64,000 nucleotides of DNA, from contig NC_133618.1 of the NCBI RefSeq assembly GCF_048593235.1, positions 243,003,882-243,067,881 of the forward strand, written 5' to 3'. Origin of the DNA: Sminthopsis crassicaudata (taxonomy: Eukaryota). Shown one piece after another: positions 23,486-36,289 of this stretch (position 1 is its first letter; every line of letters starts with the position of its first letter). A model generated the notes under the pieces. The model made no database searches. It was not told the DNA's origin and saw only the letters and a program-made list of their open reading frames with translations. Both the position numbers and the translations under genes were made by a program.

Positions 23486-23700
23486 AGGACAGCTACATGG
23501 TGCAATGGATAGAATACTGGATCTGAGTGAGGAAGATTTGAGTTCAAGTGTGATCTCAGACACTAGAAAGTTATATAATCCTATTTGCCTCAGTTTCTTC
23601 ATCTGTAAAATGAGCTAGAGAGGAAATGGTAAACCACTCCAATATCTTTGCCAAGGAACCTCAAATAAAGTCACAAAGAGTCAGATACATCTGAACAATA
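23486..23700 (+). mobile_element. MAR1 SINE, preceded by a MIR at about 23215-23480
   Basis: Head, CORE and aggaaatggtaaaccactccaatatctttgccaagg. Confidence 0.88.
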
Positions 23701-23704
23701 CAAT

Positions 23705-23955
23705 GCAGGATGCTTTTCCTAATGTCCCCTTCTGTTCCATTCTCCCCAGATGCTAGTATCTTCCTTCTGAAATTATTATCTATATACTTTGTATAGCTCT
23801 TATATATCCCTATTCATCTACATATGTATATATGTATTATCTCTCTCATTAGAATATAAATTCATTGAGATCAGTGATTATTTTTGCTTTTCTTTGTATT
23901 CCTTGTGCTTAATGCAGTCCCTAGTACATAGAAGGTACTTAATAAATGCTTGATT
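23705..23955 (+). mobile_element. L2 3' end
   Basis: cattagaatataaattcattgag...tagaaggtacttaataaatgct. Confidence 0.8.
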
Positions 23956-25279
23956 ATTATTATTTTTGGACCCTAATTCCCCCATCTGTAAAATATCACA
24001 TTAATATAAGCCCTATCTGTCTTGTAAGACTCACATGAGATCATGTGTGTGAAAGTGCTTTCTAACTACAAAAAAGTTTATAAAAATTAGTTATTATTAT
24101 TATTTTCTCTCCAAAAGTTCTATTCTGATGTGATCTTGTGGATAGAGATGACTTTTGGTTCTCAGATTACCCTGGGATGCAAGCTTTCCCCAGGTCCCCC
24201 TAAGATGGCAGAACCTGAAATATAGCCTCCATAGATGAGAGGCTGCTCGCCAGCCTAGATCCTGGTGAGGAATTTTTCAAGCATACTATCTCATAAAGAT
24301 CATTAAGAGATCCAAAGAGGAGCTGTGATCTGCATTGGTGATTGAAATACTGATGAAATCACAGATCCCAGAAAAACTGAAATATATCCTATTATGCAAA
24401 CTTGTGGAATAAACAATTTGGTCATTTTGCATGATAAATCAATACAATCCCTTTCACAGTCAAACTCCCAGAAAAATAAGAGTGAACCCTCTTCTCATTT
24501 ACTTTTTCTTTTCCCCCTCACTTACCTCTTGGCCCTTTGCAATTTGCTTTCTGACTTATAAAACTGCTTTCACCAAAGTTACCAAGGATTTTCTAGTAGT
24601 CAGACATGATGGTTCTCATCACTCTTGATCCTTTTTAATCTCTCTGCAGTATGTGGCACTGCTAATTAATCACATTCTCCCACATACGCTATCCAATCTG
24701 GGTTTTCATGACATTGCTCTCCCTTAGTTCTCCTCTTAATTGACTACTCCTGCTTATGGATCATTACCCATATTCCATTCTACCTCATCCCCAAAGGGTG
24801 GATATATTTCCAAGTTCAAGTATGGACTATCTTCACTTTCCTTTTTGTCTCTCATGACTTTATTAGCTCCAATGATTTCTTCATTTCTTTGCAAATGGAT
24901 TTAAAATCTTTTCCTCTCACCCCAATCTTTCTCCTGAGCTCCAATCCTACATCACCAACTGTCTGCTGAACATTTTAAACTGGACATTTCACAAACAACT
25001 CAAACTCAACAAATATAAAGCCCAATTACCTATCTGTCCCTTTGGATCTCCCTAATAGCTGTTAAGGGTATTTCCATCCTTGTATTCATCCAGCTTCATA
25101 ACCTTGGAGTAATTTTCATCTTCTCACCCCACATATCAATTTTTTTGCTAAGTTTAATTTATTCCATCTTAATATCTCTCACATCTACCCCCTTTTTCCT
25201 ACTCAAACTAGCTATTCTTCTAGTTCAAACCTTCTATGACCTCTTTCCTTGACTATTTCAATAGCTTCTCTGAGCCAAC

Positions 25280-25440
25280 ACTAATTGTCTTGACTTATGT
25301 CTTCTCACTCGGTAGCATTGAGTGTGGAGGAAAGATTGAGTTGTATATCTTTGCCTCACTTAAATCCAATTCACATGCAAGTCAAGGCATCACCTTCATG
25401 ATGCAGTTGGTCCTTTTTGGGGGCAAAGGATGAACTACAG
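25280..25440 (+). mobile_element. marsupial RTE-associated SINE (WALLSI/MAR2 type), 3' part
   Basis: cctcacttaaatccaattcacatgcaagtcaaggcatcacc, shared with the 30300, 32050 and 56400 copies. Family name uncertain. Confidence 0.7.
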
Positions 25441-25524
25441 CCTCTACTTGTCTTTCCTAACTCAAATATTTCCCTTCTCCAATTTGCTTTTCACACCACT
25501 GCTAAATTGATATGCCTAAAGCAC

Positions 25525-25785
25525 TGGTTTAGACTAGGACTTCTTTAAACTTTTTCCATTTGCAAACCATTTTTGCCTGGAAATTTTTATGCAACCCTGG
25601 ATATATAGATATTTAAAATAGGTATACAAAACATTTACTGAAAATAAATCATAGTTTTATGACACTCCTCTATATTCAGTTATAAGACCCTATTTATATG
25701 TATATATTTATATGTATGATATATATTAAATATAAATATAAATATATATATTTATAAACAATCCACAATTTAAGAAGCTTTCATT
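25525..25785. mobile_element. hAT-type MITE inside L2
   Basis: ggacttctttaaactttttcc...ccacaatttaagaagcttt; loose terminal inverted similarity. Confidence 0.55.
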
Positions 25786-26309
25786 TAAACATCATTTCAT
25801 TGCTTAGTAAAATCCAGTGATTTCCTTTTTACAAAAACCTCTCTTTGACATTTAAACCTTCACAACTTAATTTCAAACTAACTTCTCATGCTTTTTGTGC
25901 ATTACTTCTCTTCATGCATCTGTGATCCAGCCAAATGAACAACGTACTTATTCCCCACATGTTAGACTTCACTTCCTATAGGATTTACATTTTTCTTGAT
26001 GGACTGTTCCCCATACTTAAAATGAATTCTTTCTGTATCTTAATTTTCTCTGTTCCTCCTCAGAGGATACACAATATATCAACAAGCCAGAGCAGTTAAG
26101 TTTTCCATCTTTTAGCATCTTCTAGAGCCTGAACTCTGCTGGTAAAGACTTATGGGATTCAGGGAAAACTGTGAGCCATGAGGAAGGATAAGAAGAAGAC
26201 ATTAATGGAGAGCATCTTTTACTTAAATTAGAAAAAAAATCCAAATGATATCACGTTTCTTCAGAATTCCTCTCAATCTGGACTGCTTATGTGTAAATAG
26301 TTACTAGAG

Positions 26310-26444
26310 GTAGTACAGTAGATAGAGCACCAGTCCTGAAGTCAGGAGGATCTGAGTTCAAATTTGGCCCCTGACACTTAACACTTCCTAGCTGTGAGAC
26401 CCTGGGCAAGTCATTTAACCTTAATTACCTCAGCAAAAAAAAAT
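26310..26444 (+). mobile_element. WSINE1-type SINE with 12-bp TSD
   Basis: gatagagcaccagtcctgaagtcaggaggatctgagttcaaat...A-tail; TSD TAGTTACTAGAG at 26298-26309 and 26445-26456. Confidence 0.94.
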
Positions 26445-26597
26445 TAGTTACTAGAGAAGGCCATATATACTGTGGCATTGGGTGATAATACATCATTTGA
26501 GGATCAGAGATGGAGTGAAAAGGGACCTCACAGGACATGTACTAAAACTTCTTCATTTTACAAAAAACTGAGCTGGGAGATTAAGAGATGTGCTCAA

Positions 26598-28533
26598 CAT
26601 ATATTTACGACTGTCAGTAAGCATAATATGCAATGGAGATAAACCGGAACCTTTCCAAGTAAGATCAGCAGTGAAACAAGGTTGCCCACTATTACCATTA
26701 CTATTCAATATAGTACTAGAAATGCTAGCCTCAGCAATAAGAGCTGAGAAAGAGATTCAAGGAATTAGAGTAGGAAATGAGGAAATCAAACTATCACTCT
26801 TTGCAGATGGCATGATGGTATGCTTAGAGAACCCCAAAGACTCTGCTAAAAAGCTATTAGAAATAATTCAGAATTTTAGCAAAGTTGCAGGATACAAAAT
26901 AAATCCACATAAATCCTCAGCATTTTTATATATCACCAACAAAATGCAACAGCAAGAGATACAAAGAGAAATTCTATTCCAAACAAATGTTGAGAATATA
27001 AAATATTTGGGAATCCATCTACCAAAGAATAATCAGGAATTATATGAGCAAAATTACGAAACACTTGCCACAAAAATAAAGTCAGATTTAAATAATTGGA
27101 AAGACATTCAGTGCTCTTGGATAGGCCGAGCGAATATAATAAAGATGACAATACTCCTAAACTAATCTATTTATTTAGTGCTATACCAATCAGACTCCCA
27201 AGAAACTATTTTAATGACCTAGAAAAAATAACAACAAAATTCATATGGAAGAATAAAAGGTCGAGAATTGCAAGGGAACTAATGAAAAAAAAAGTCAGAT
27301 GAAGGTGGTCTAAGTGTACCTGATTTAAAGCTATATTATATAGCAGCAGTCATCAAAACCATTTGGTATTGGTTAAGAAATAGACCAGTCGATCAGTGGA
27401 ACAGATTAGGTACAAAGGACAAAAAAGGGTACATCTATAGCAATCTAGTCTTTGACAAACCCAAAGATACTAACATTAGGGATAAAAATTCATTATTTGG
27501 AAAAAACTGTTGTGAAAACTGGAAATTAGTATGGCAGAAATTAGATATGGATCCATACTTAACACCATATACCAAGATAAGATCAAAATGGGTCTATGAT
27601 TTAGGCATAAAGAATGAGATCATAAATAGATTAGAGAAACAGAAAATAGTCTACCTCTCAGACTTGTGGAGGAGGAAGGAATTTATGACCAGAGGAGAAC
27701 TAGAGATCATTATTGATCACAAAATAGAAGATTTTGATTACATCAAACTAAAAAGTTTCTGTACAAACAATATTAATGCAAACAAGATTAGAAGGGAAGT
27801 AACAAATTGGGAAAATATTTTTATAGTTAAAGGTTCTGATAAAGGTCTCATTTCCAAGACATATAGAGAACTGACCCTAATTTATAAGAAATCAAACCAT
27901 TCTCCAATTGATAAATGGTCAAAGGATATGAACAGACAATTCTCAGATGATGAAATTGAAATTATATCCACTCATATGAAAGAGTGTTCCAAATCACTAC
28001 TGATCAGAGAAATGCAAATTAAGACAACTCTGAGATACCACTACACACCTGTCAGATTGGCTAAGATGACAGGAACAAATAATGATGAATGTTGGAGGGG
28101 ATGTGGGAAAACTGGGACTCTAATACATTGTTGGTAGAGTTGTGAAAGAATCCAACCATTCTGGAGAGCAATTTGGAACTATGCCCAAAAAGTTATCAAA
28201 ATGTGCATACCCTTCGATCCAGCATTGCTGCTATTGGGATTATATCCCAAAGAAATACTGAGGAGGGGAAAGGGACCGGTATGTGCCAAAATGTTTGTGG
28301 CAGCTCTTTTCGTAGTGGCTAGAAACTGGAAGTTGAATGGATGTCCATCAATTGGAGAATGGTTGGGTAAATTATGGTATATGAAGGTTATGGAATATTA
28401 TTGCTCTGTAAGAAATGACCAGCAGGAGGAATACAGAAAGGTTTGGAAAGACTTACATCAACTGATGCTGAGTGAAATGAATAGAACCAGAAGATCGCTG
28501 TACACTTCAATGCTGTATGAAGAGGTATTCTGA
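26598..28533 (+). pseudogene. disrupted L1 ORF2 (RT C-terminal part and Cys-rich domain)
   Basis: Split across ORFs 26590-27165, 27096-27302, 27547-28137 and 28201-28533 by frameshifts and stops. The catalytic FADD reads FADG, and a TAG lies in the CWW-x-C motif. Confidence 0.93.
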
Positions 28534-28909
28534 TGGAAGTGGATATCTTCAACATAAAGAGGATCCAACTCACTTCCAGTTGATTAATGATGGACAGAAA
28601 CAACTACACCCAGAGAAGGAACACTGGGAAGTGAATGTAAAATATTAGCACTACTGTCTATCTACCCAGGTTACTTATACCTTCAGAATCTAATACTTAA
28701 CGTGCAACAAGAAAATTGGATTTACACACATATATTGTATCTAGGTTATACTGTAACACATGTAAAATGTATAGGATTGCCTGTCATCTAGGGTAGGGAG
28801 TAGAGGGAGAGAGGGGATAATTTGGAAAAATGATTACAAGGAATAATGTTATAAAAATTACTCATGCATACATACTGTCAAAAATGTTATAATTATAAAA
28901 TTAAAAAAA
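26598..28909 (+). mobile_element. 5'-truncated LINE-1 (3' half of ORF2, 3' UTR, A-tail) with 15-bp TSD
   Basis: Translations match L1 ORF2 (VKQGCPLLPLLFNIVLE, LSLFADGMMV, GYKINPHKS, KYLGIHL, CWRGCGKTGTLIHCW). G-rich 3' UTR and A-tail end at 28909. Exact TSD AAGAGATGTGCTCAA at 26583-26597 and 28910-28924, with TT|AAGA at the site. Confidence 0.97.
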
Positions 28910-30299
28910 AAGAGATGTGCTCAAGCTCACACACACATTTGGTAGACTTCAAATGGGGCATATGAACCAAGGTCCTTTGACTGGGATCCACCTAGAAGTT
29001 CCTTTCGCCTCCATTTTTTGAAGTGCCCTTAATTATTTTTGAAATCCTACTCATTTATAGTTTATTCATGTGACTGTCTTCTGTCAAATATGCTTCTTCC
29101 CACATATCACTTATTTTGGATAAGTCTAATCATGCTTCTTTATCTTTCTGCTTGTAAAAATGGAGTCCCATCCAATCCTACTACCACCACTTTCACCCTT
29201 TACAATTTAGAGGCTGCTGGCATTTCTGCTAACATTCAGAACTTCTGACCTAAAATAGTCAAGGCCATAGATAGGGAAATGCTGAATCCAAACACTCAGA
29301 ATAAGCCTGTGAGTCCCAGGAGGCACCAAATTAAAATATAAGGAAAGGTCACTGGATTGGGTTCCTAATTCTGCAAGCTGAATACCCAAAGCTCTGGGGA
29401 TTTGGGCCTAAACACTGGAACCATCTGGGGCCAGCTGCCTTTACTCTTCCCTGAGTTTTGCTTTGGGGAGATGATGCGATCAGGAAGAATGGACAAAATC
29501 TGAAACCATGATGGAGAGCTTCATTTCCCAGGACTCCTAAACAAGGGAAATGGAATCTTTCTTGCCTGAGCTCAAAAATGTAAAGAAGCCAGGGGGATGA
29601 TAAGTACTGGGACAGTCATTACCACTTGCTTCAGTGGGTAAAGGCATATGTAATCAGTATGGCTAAGACATGACAGCCTCTGCCAAGTTCCTGGTCAAGA
29701 TTTTTTGTCACTTAATTCAGCTTTAGTAAGCATTTATTAAAGCTATGCTCATATTCATTATAATTATATTATTATGTGTTAATAAACATTTATGTCTATC
29801 ATGACTGTGACACTAGCTAATCTATCTTGGACAAGTAATTTCATTTGGAGGTTATTTATTTTCCTCATATGTAAAGTAGAGCGAATAATGTTTATACTAC
29901 CTACACCATAGGGTACTGTGAATATGGTGCTATGGCTTACAAAAGGCATCTGTAACCCTCTGACTTTATATGCTTTTCCAGGGAATGTGGGACCCATGCT
30001 GAGGGAGGGTTGCTTGTTATTCTTTGAGGAGAAGAAAGAGTTTTCCAATCATTGAAAAACTCAAGTGTGGGCCTATTCTGAGTGTGTTTGGTCAAGTTAA
30101 ACAAAACTGTTCTATATTTGATTTGTTACTAACCTAAGTAATTGCAGAGAATTAAGAACCTTTTTCTGGAGAACAAAAAAAAAATCAGATGATATCTTTC
30201 TCAAATTTTCTCTGGAGGACAGATAGTAAGCCATAGAGACTTTGAATATTTTCTCTTATTTCATTGTACTTGCTTTGGTCTTAAATCATCCTTTTTGTC

Positions 30300-30525
30300 T
30301 GGGACATCAGGGTCAGGGGCCATCATTCAATTCAGATGCTGATTATATAGATTATGACTGCAGTCGTTCTGATCGCTGAACCCAGATGGCTCTGGAGGAG
30401 AAAGTAAAGCTAGTGACCTTGCCCAGCCCTCTCTCACTTAAATCCAATTTACTTTCATATCATGGCATCATCTTCCTGATGTCATATTTCTCTTCGAGGA
30501 CACAGGATAGATAACAACAATAACA
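30300..30525 (+). mobile_element. marsupial RTE-associated SINE
   Basis: cccagatggctctggaggagaaagt...ctcacttaaatccaatt...(CAA)-like tail. Confidence 0.75.
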
Positions 30526-30633
30526 TAATGAAGAAAACTCACAAAATCAAAAGTGCTGTTTAAATGTGAATCATTATCAACATTAATATAACATATTATA
30601 TGTTATATAATACATATGATATATGTATTATAT

Positions 30634-30638
<5 letters not shown>

Positions 30639-30666
<28 letters not shown>
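30639..30666. repeat. (TA)14 microsatellite in an AT-rich tract
   Basis: Direct reading. Confidence 0.95.
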
Positions 30667-30669
<3 letters not shown>

Positions 30670-31789
30670 TTAAAGAAGGGATGGAGATGCTGAGTAGCAT
30701 TGGAGGACTAAAAAGATGTCTTTGCATTCGTGTAATCTCTCCAGAAAATCATGAATGCAGAGGACTCTGGCCCAGAGATGCTGCCATTACTGTTCAGAAT
30801 TCTATCTCTGGAGGGTGACAGGAGACACAACAGTGAGAGGGAATAGGAAAGGAGCCTTTCAAAGCAGACAAGAACAGAAATGCCTGTCACCAATTTTCTC
30901 AGAGGAGAAAGATCTTTTATGAAATTTTATTTCTAATTTTTAATCTCTAATTTTAGCAATTAGAGATCATCTGTGAGTAGGAAGTGATTCTCATTCTGTG
31001 GGCTCCAGAGACCTTTAAAATGAACCAGGCCTTGAGCCTTGCTGAAACTGGGAGAAAGCCCCAAGAGACTGCTTACTCGCTTACTGTCAAGTTAAACCCT
31101 CTGCCAGAGAATTCCTTCCCAATTATCCTATTTTCTGTTGCAGCGTGTCTTCAAATACTGCAGAGCCCCTTCCAGGAAACCATCACTGTCAAACGATTGG
31201 CACAGAACAAGGCCTGGGCAATGCAGCAGACTCCCAAGCCTTCTTTTGGAAATAACTCATGGTCTGGCTAGGGAGAGGTGCCTATTTTCCTAAACCCATT
31301 TTTTGCTTAAAATAAAACGAGTTCTCCCCCTGGGCAAAATATACTATGGCTGGCTGCCAACTTCTAGGATCCATTTGCATAACAAATGAGTCTCATTCCT
31401 CAATTTTAAGGGGAATGCAGGAGCTGGAGAACCTGCAGCAGCTGCTGCTGCTGTAGTGGTGACTCAAGGACAAAGACTGGGAAGCTGACCTGTGGCAAAC
31501 TCTTCAATAGCAGCTTGCTGTCTCCCCACTCCTGCTGCTTTGATCAAGTGGCTAATGGTCAGATGACAGATCTTAGGATCCTTTCTGCAAGAGACAAGTA
31601 AGCTGCCAGCTTGCATGGAATTCCCCCTGCTCTCCCCTCAACAATTCATCCTTCTTGATTGGAGAAAGCCATTTTTAGCTCTTGGGGTGAGAGGTGAGTG
31701 GTGGCCCTCAACATTGGATGAGAACTAGCAAGTATAAACACTAATCATCCCACCTCTTCATCCCACCTCACTGCTTCTTGGTTTCAGAG

Positions 31790-32345
31790 ATTGCCTTCCT
31801 ATTCCCTGTACAGGAAATTTTGTATGGAGTGTTCAAGGAGCACTAAGCACCTCTGGTGTGAGGGCTTGCCCAGCTGCTCATCCACCTTTGAGGTCACCTG
31901 TTACCCAACTCTCACCTGTAGCTCTAAGAAAATACAGAAAGGGCAGCAGCCACACTCTGATAAGGTGTGAGGAGCTACACCACTCTGAGGGTAGCAACAG
32001 GTGCCAAATCCATCATTGAATTAGGGGGAATGTGTGAAGACTTCCCAGGGCAGAATGAGCAGATGAGAACAAGTTGTTCCAAAGACAACGGAAGATGACT
32101 GAAGCAGGTGTTGTGGAGTGCTTCGAACTTAGTCATCAAAAATGGCAAGGATGTCTACCGCATCCCGTATCCTCATGGGGTGTGCTGACTTTTTTCTCAC
32201 CACTGGTCTTGGATGATTCTGGAAGAGAGAGTGAGACTGACATTTTTGAGCAATTTGCCTAGCTTAAATCCAGTTCACGAGTAAGTCAAGACAATGACCC
32301 TTGTGATGTCATTACTTCTCTTCCAAAGCAAGGATAAATAGCAAC
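31790..32345 (+). mobile_element. about 550-bp RTE-associated non-autonomous element
   Basis: Colinear similarity with 56190-56660 (gctcatccac, gtgaagacttccc, cagatgagaac, gtggagtgctt, cttaaatcca). Confidence 0.7.
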
Positions 32346-32539
32346 AGGAAACTAGTCCTGAGGTTGGAAGAGAATTCCAGGTCTATGAAGGAACTGTGAA
32401 GATTCTTGGCAATTCTGTCTCAACCACCCTAGCAGATACATTTGTTCAATCCGAAATATTCATTCACTGCTCACTACGAACAATGCAAATAATAAAAAAT
32501 GGAAAACATAAAGATTACTGTAATAAGTTATAGTAGATA

Positions 32540-32990
32540 CAGTTATAGAAGATCCACTTTAAATATCTTCTGCAATGTGCTACAAGAGGAAGGAGAAATG
32601 GAATGAAAGTAAACAAAGTTAGGAGGAGCAATTGAACAAAATTAAGTCAACACAGAGAAGGTCCATGCAGGAGTCAGCACAATTTGGAGACACTGAGGAG
32701 TGAATTCTCCAGACATATAAAATAGATTAAGAAAATACAGTGACTACCACCCTAGAAATTTATATTTTTAATCGCTACAAAAATCTTCATCATAATGATT
32801 CCTACACATATCAGAATATCCTTGAGGAAGATAGGAAATAAGGACAGGTAGGATTTTGCAAATGATATTTTATAGCAGAGAACATTTGTTGTTTTAGATG
32901 TGATATCATTGATGTGTTTACCCTTACAACCATTCAGATCTTAACTCATATGTTCTTTCTATTCCTCTATGATTTCTGTTTATCTTTACC
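32540..32990 (+). mobile_element. decayed RTE LINE, start of the RT region
   Basis: gaatatccttgaggaagatagg...caggtaggattttgcaaatgatattttatagcagagaacattt reads ILEE..QVGFCK.Y...ENI, resembling the RTE motif QAGFRK.YST.DHI. Confidence 0.6.
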
Positions 32991-33195
32991 AATAAAGCCT
33001 CCCCAGTGGGTTCACCAAATACATTGGGGGATCTTCCATATCTTATCCATGATTTATTGTATTTTTATTCATTTTGTTAAATATTTTCCAACTACATTTT
33101 AATCTGGTTTGAGTTGCACTCTGGATGGTCCTCTGCTCTTTATAATACATGGATACCACTGGAGTATCAAAGCTGTCCTCTACTATGATTGGACC

Positions 33196-33369
33196 NNNNN
33201 NNNNNNNNNNNNNNNNNNNNNNNNNNNNNNNNNNNNNNNNNNNNNNNNNNNNNNNNNNNNNNNNNNNNNNNNNNNNNNNNNNNNNNNNNNNNNNNNNNNN
33301 NNNNNNNNNNNNNNNNNNNNNNNNNNNNNNNNNNNNNNNNNNNNNNNNNNNNNNNNNNNNNNNNNNNNN
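33196..33369. other. assembly gap (174 N)
   Basis: Run of N; the right flank is a partial WSINE1. Confidence 0.99.
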
Positions 33370-33435
33370 CTGAGACCAGATTTGAACTTCGGTCCTCCTG
33401 AATTCAAGGCTGGTGCTCTATCCATTATGCCTGTT
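33370..33435 (-). mobile_element. partial WSINE1 abutting a gap
   Basis: ctgagaccagatttgaacttcggtcctcctgaattcaaggctggtgctctatcca. Confidence 0.8.
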
Positions 33436-34639
33436 CTCTAATGGAATTCATGATTGCTAATGTGTCATATCCTGTTCAGACCACCATTGCATTTTTAGTA
33501 ACTCTAAATCTTAATTTTTTGGAGATTTTAGTATTTCACAATTTATAGCCATATGTAAGAACATTACTGTTAAAAAGTTGGGATTTTTGGTTCAGGGAGA
33601 AGTTTGAGGTCATCAATATCCAAAGGCGATTTATTCTCTTCTTCTCCTATTTAATTCTGATCACAGCTCATTGCTCATGGGAAATATCTGTCCAAGACAT
33701 ATATTCTGGTAGACGAGCTTCAATTGCTTGTCACATTGAACAATTGTTATCCACTTTATATAGACAGTTGTACCAATGTCTTCTAAGTAAGTCCGCAGTA
33801 TTCCTAGACTTGATGTAGTCCACAAAATACCATCTATAAATCATCTGGAAGACAAGACCATATATTGATGATCTTTGTTCTATTTGCACTTGTCATGGAG
33901 CATCCTCCATGGTATACAGCAAATATCTTTGACAAGCCTACATTTTCTTGTTTTAGAGAGTGATAAATATTAAGAAACAGAGGGTTATCAAAATAAGAAT
34001 GCTATCACCAGGTTTTTTTGGGGGGCAGCACAGAAGAAAGATTAAACTTCTAGAGGAGTTGCCCACTTAGGAATATGGGTTGTCTTGGTTCTCTGAGTGT
34101 ATCTGCTTTTTCACTTGCTGTGTGGTCCCTGTAATAGTGTAGTAACCCAATGGGTATGTGAAGATGAGTGAATTTTTCAAGTCACTTATGTTGCTATGAC
34201 ATTTAATTAAACACCTTTTACTTTGAACGTGTCCTTTGGTGGCCTGGTAAAAGAAGTATATTATCTGGGGCTGATCAATAAAAATTTTGAATAAATGCTG
34301 ATCTATGGTGTGCATGGAGGTAGAGATAACTTTCAAAGAATCAACATGTGAATAATGTTCTGAGCACTATACAAAGTCAGGCTAGACTTTATTCTTGCCT
34401 TTATAGAATTTACAGTTATGCTTAGTGGGAAAATAAATATGTAATTAAACATAATATAAATTAGAATTAGAAATAATAAGTGTTACGATTTAATACAATG
34501 GAATGGGAGAAAAGGGGAAGGAAAACTACTCAATTTCTTGGGAAGGATTTTTCAACTGTCTTCAAACACATTTAGAGTTGAGAATTTATTTGTAGAATGT
34601 AATCTGAAGTCTTCTGGCTGCTGATTTAATTGATGTTTT

Positions 34640-34850
34640 GTTGTTTAGTTGTTTCAGTCATGTTCAACTTTTCATGACCCCATTTGTGAGTTTTCTTAGT
34701 CATTTTTGTTCATTTTACAGGTGAAGAAATTGAGGCAAACAAGGTTTAAGTGTCTTGCCCAAGATCACAAGCCAGTATCTGAGGTCAAATTTGGACTCAA
34801 AAAGATTTTCTGAAGCCAGCACAGGTGCCCTATCCACTGTACCACATGAC
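34640..34850 (-). mobile_element. MAR1 SINE
   Basis: ttgttgtttagttgtttcagtcatgttcaac...cattttacaggtgaagaaattgagg. Confidence 0.85.
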
Positions 34851-36289
34851 ATTTATAGTAACTAAACTAAACTAAACTATAACTAAATTAAAGTAGTATG
34901 AGGTAGTAGAATTGGAATCCAACTCTTTGTTTTGCTATATATTAAACATGTTTTTCAACCTCTAGGAGCCTCAGTTTCCTCATCTGCAAAATGAGGCTAA
35001 ATATATTATATTCCTGAGAGGAAATATTTCTTAAGTATTTAAGTGATATATATGTATATATGAAATTTACGTAGATATAAATAAATACTAAATCTGGTTG
35101 TTATTTTGGCTTTGGGTTTTTTTTTTGTGCAAAACCTGAGGGTATTTCCAATGAGGATAGCTAGTTGTGATATTCTCCCCAAATATTCAAAACAATATTC
35201 ACTTTAATTTGAAAAGTTTTAGATCATAGTGCATTGTCAGGTCGGTTCATTCCATTCCTCAGAATCCCAACAGGGCCTCCCTTTCTTATCTGATGAGATG
35301 AGACTCATCTGACTTTCTGCTGACTGCTGACTGCTGACGTTTTGCTCCCCATAATCCTAGAAGGAGAAATCCTTTTGTCAAGGCAAGATCTCAAAAAGTT
35401 CCCAGCAAATTCTCAGCTGCTGTACTACCTTGATTTTCCCAGGGTTCTAGATTTTCCTTATCCTGCAGTGGTCTGTTCTGTTTGAACTCCAGCCTCAGAC
35501 CCCCTACAGTATTTGTGCCTGGCCTTTCTCAATACAATGAGATCTGCCCATCTAGTTTCTCAAAAAGCCCTTGGCTGGCTGAGCTGAGGGTGCTTTTTAC
35601 TGTAAACACAAGGTCTTACTATGACTGTTTAAAAAATATACAATTAGATTAGAGTTTGTGGTTGTTTTTTTTGTTTGTTTGTTTTCAATAATGACACTTA
35701 GGCAATGTTAAATGATGGAAAAAGCATAGTCTTAGTGTCAGAAAATCCAGATTCAAATACTGGTTCTGCCACTTGCTAGTTGGCTGGCCCTAACCAAGTC
35801 ATTTAATTCTTCCAAGCCTCAGTTTCCTCATCTGTAAATAAAATATAATGATTTTTGTGCTACCAAATTCACAGAGTTGTATTGAGTGAGGATCAAATGA
35901 GATAAGAGATTAAAAAAACAATAAAAGGCTATGCAAATTCATTAATTATAACCATAAATTTAAAAAGGATCTGAATATACTATGTGATTTTTAGCCACTT
36001 CTATAGCCTCAGTTTCCTTATCTGTAAAGTGAGAGTATTGAACTAAATAGCTTTTAAAGATCTTTCCATTTTATAATCTCAGGAACCTAAGTTCAAAGAT
36101 CAAAAACTTTTTCCTTCTCAACAGAAGCATCTGTCATTCTGGACTTCAGTTTAAAACAGTAGCATTTTAAATAGCTATAAGATCTTAGGCAAGTCTTTTC
36201 ATTTTTCTGGGGCTCAGCTGATTGCTAAGTTATTACATTAACCTCATATTTTGGTCTTGATGCTATCCTTAAAGTAAGACTTTCTATCT

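Larger units (their letters stand above)
24440..26060 (+). mobile_element. long decayed L2 (RT region to 3' end), interrupted by a SINE and a MITE
   Basis: aaaactgctttcaccaaagttaccaaggattttct resembles ETAL.KVTND; caactcaaactcaac and ctgtgatccagccaaa are L2 landmarks. Confidence 0.8.
33000..33990 (-). mobile_element. decayed RTE LINE (RT end and 3' end), interrupted by a gap, a SINE and a MITE
   Basis: Minus strand of 33620-33740 reads IELVYQNICLGQ..NEL*SELNRRRR..IAFG; 33100-33195 resembles the RTE W.P....RGRP region. Confidence 0.7.

Noticed and set aside
31890-32005. Cluster of CACCTG/CAGGTG E-boxes and a GATA site
   Set aside because: It lies inside the RTE-associated repeat that is also present at 56190-56660.
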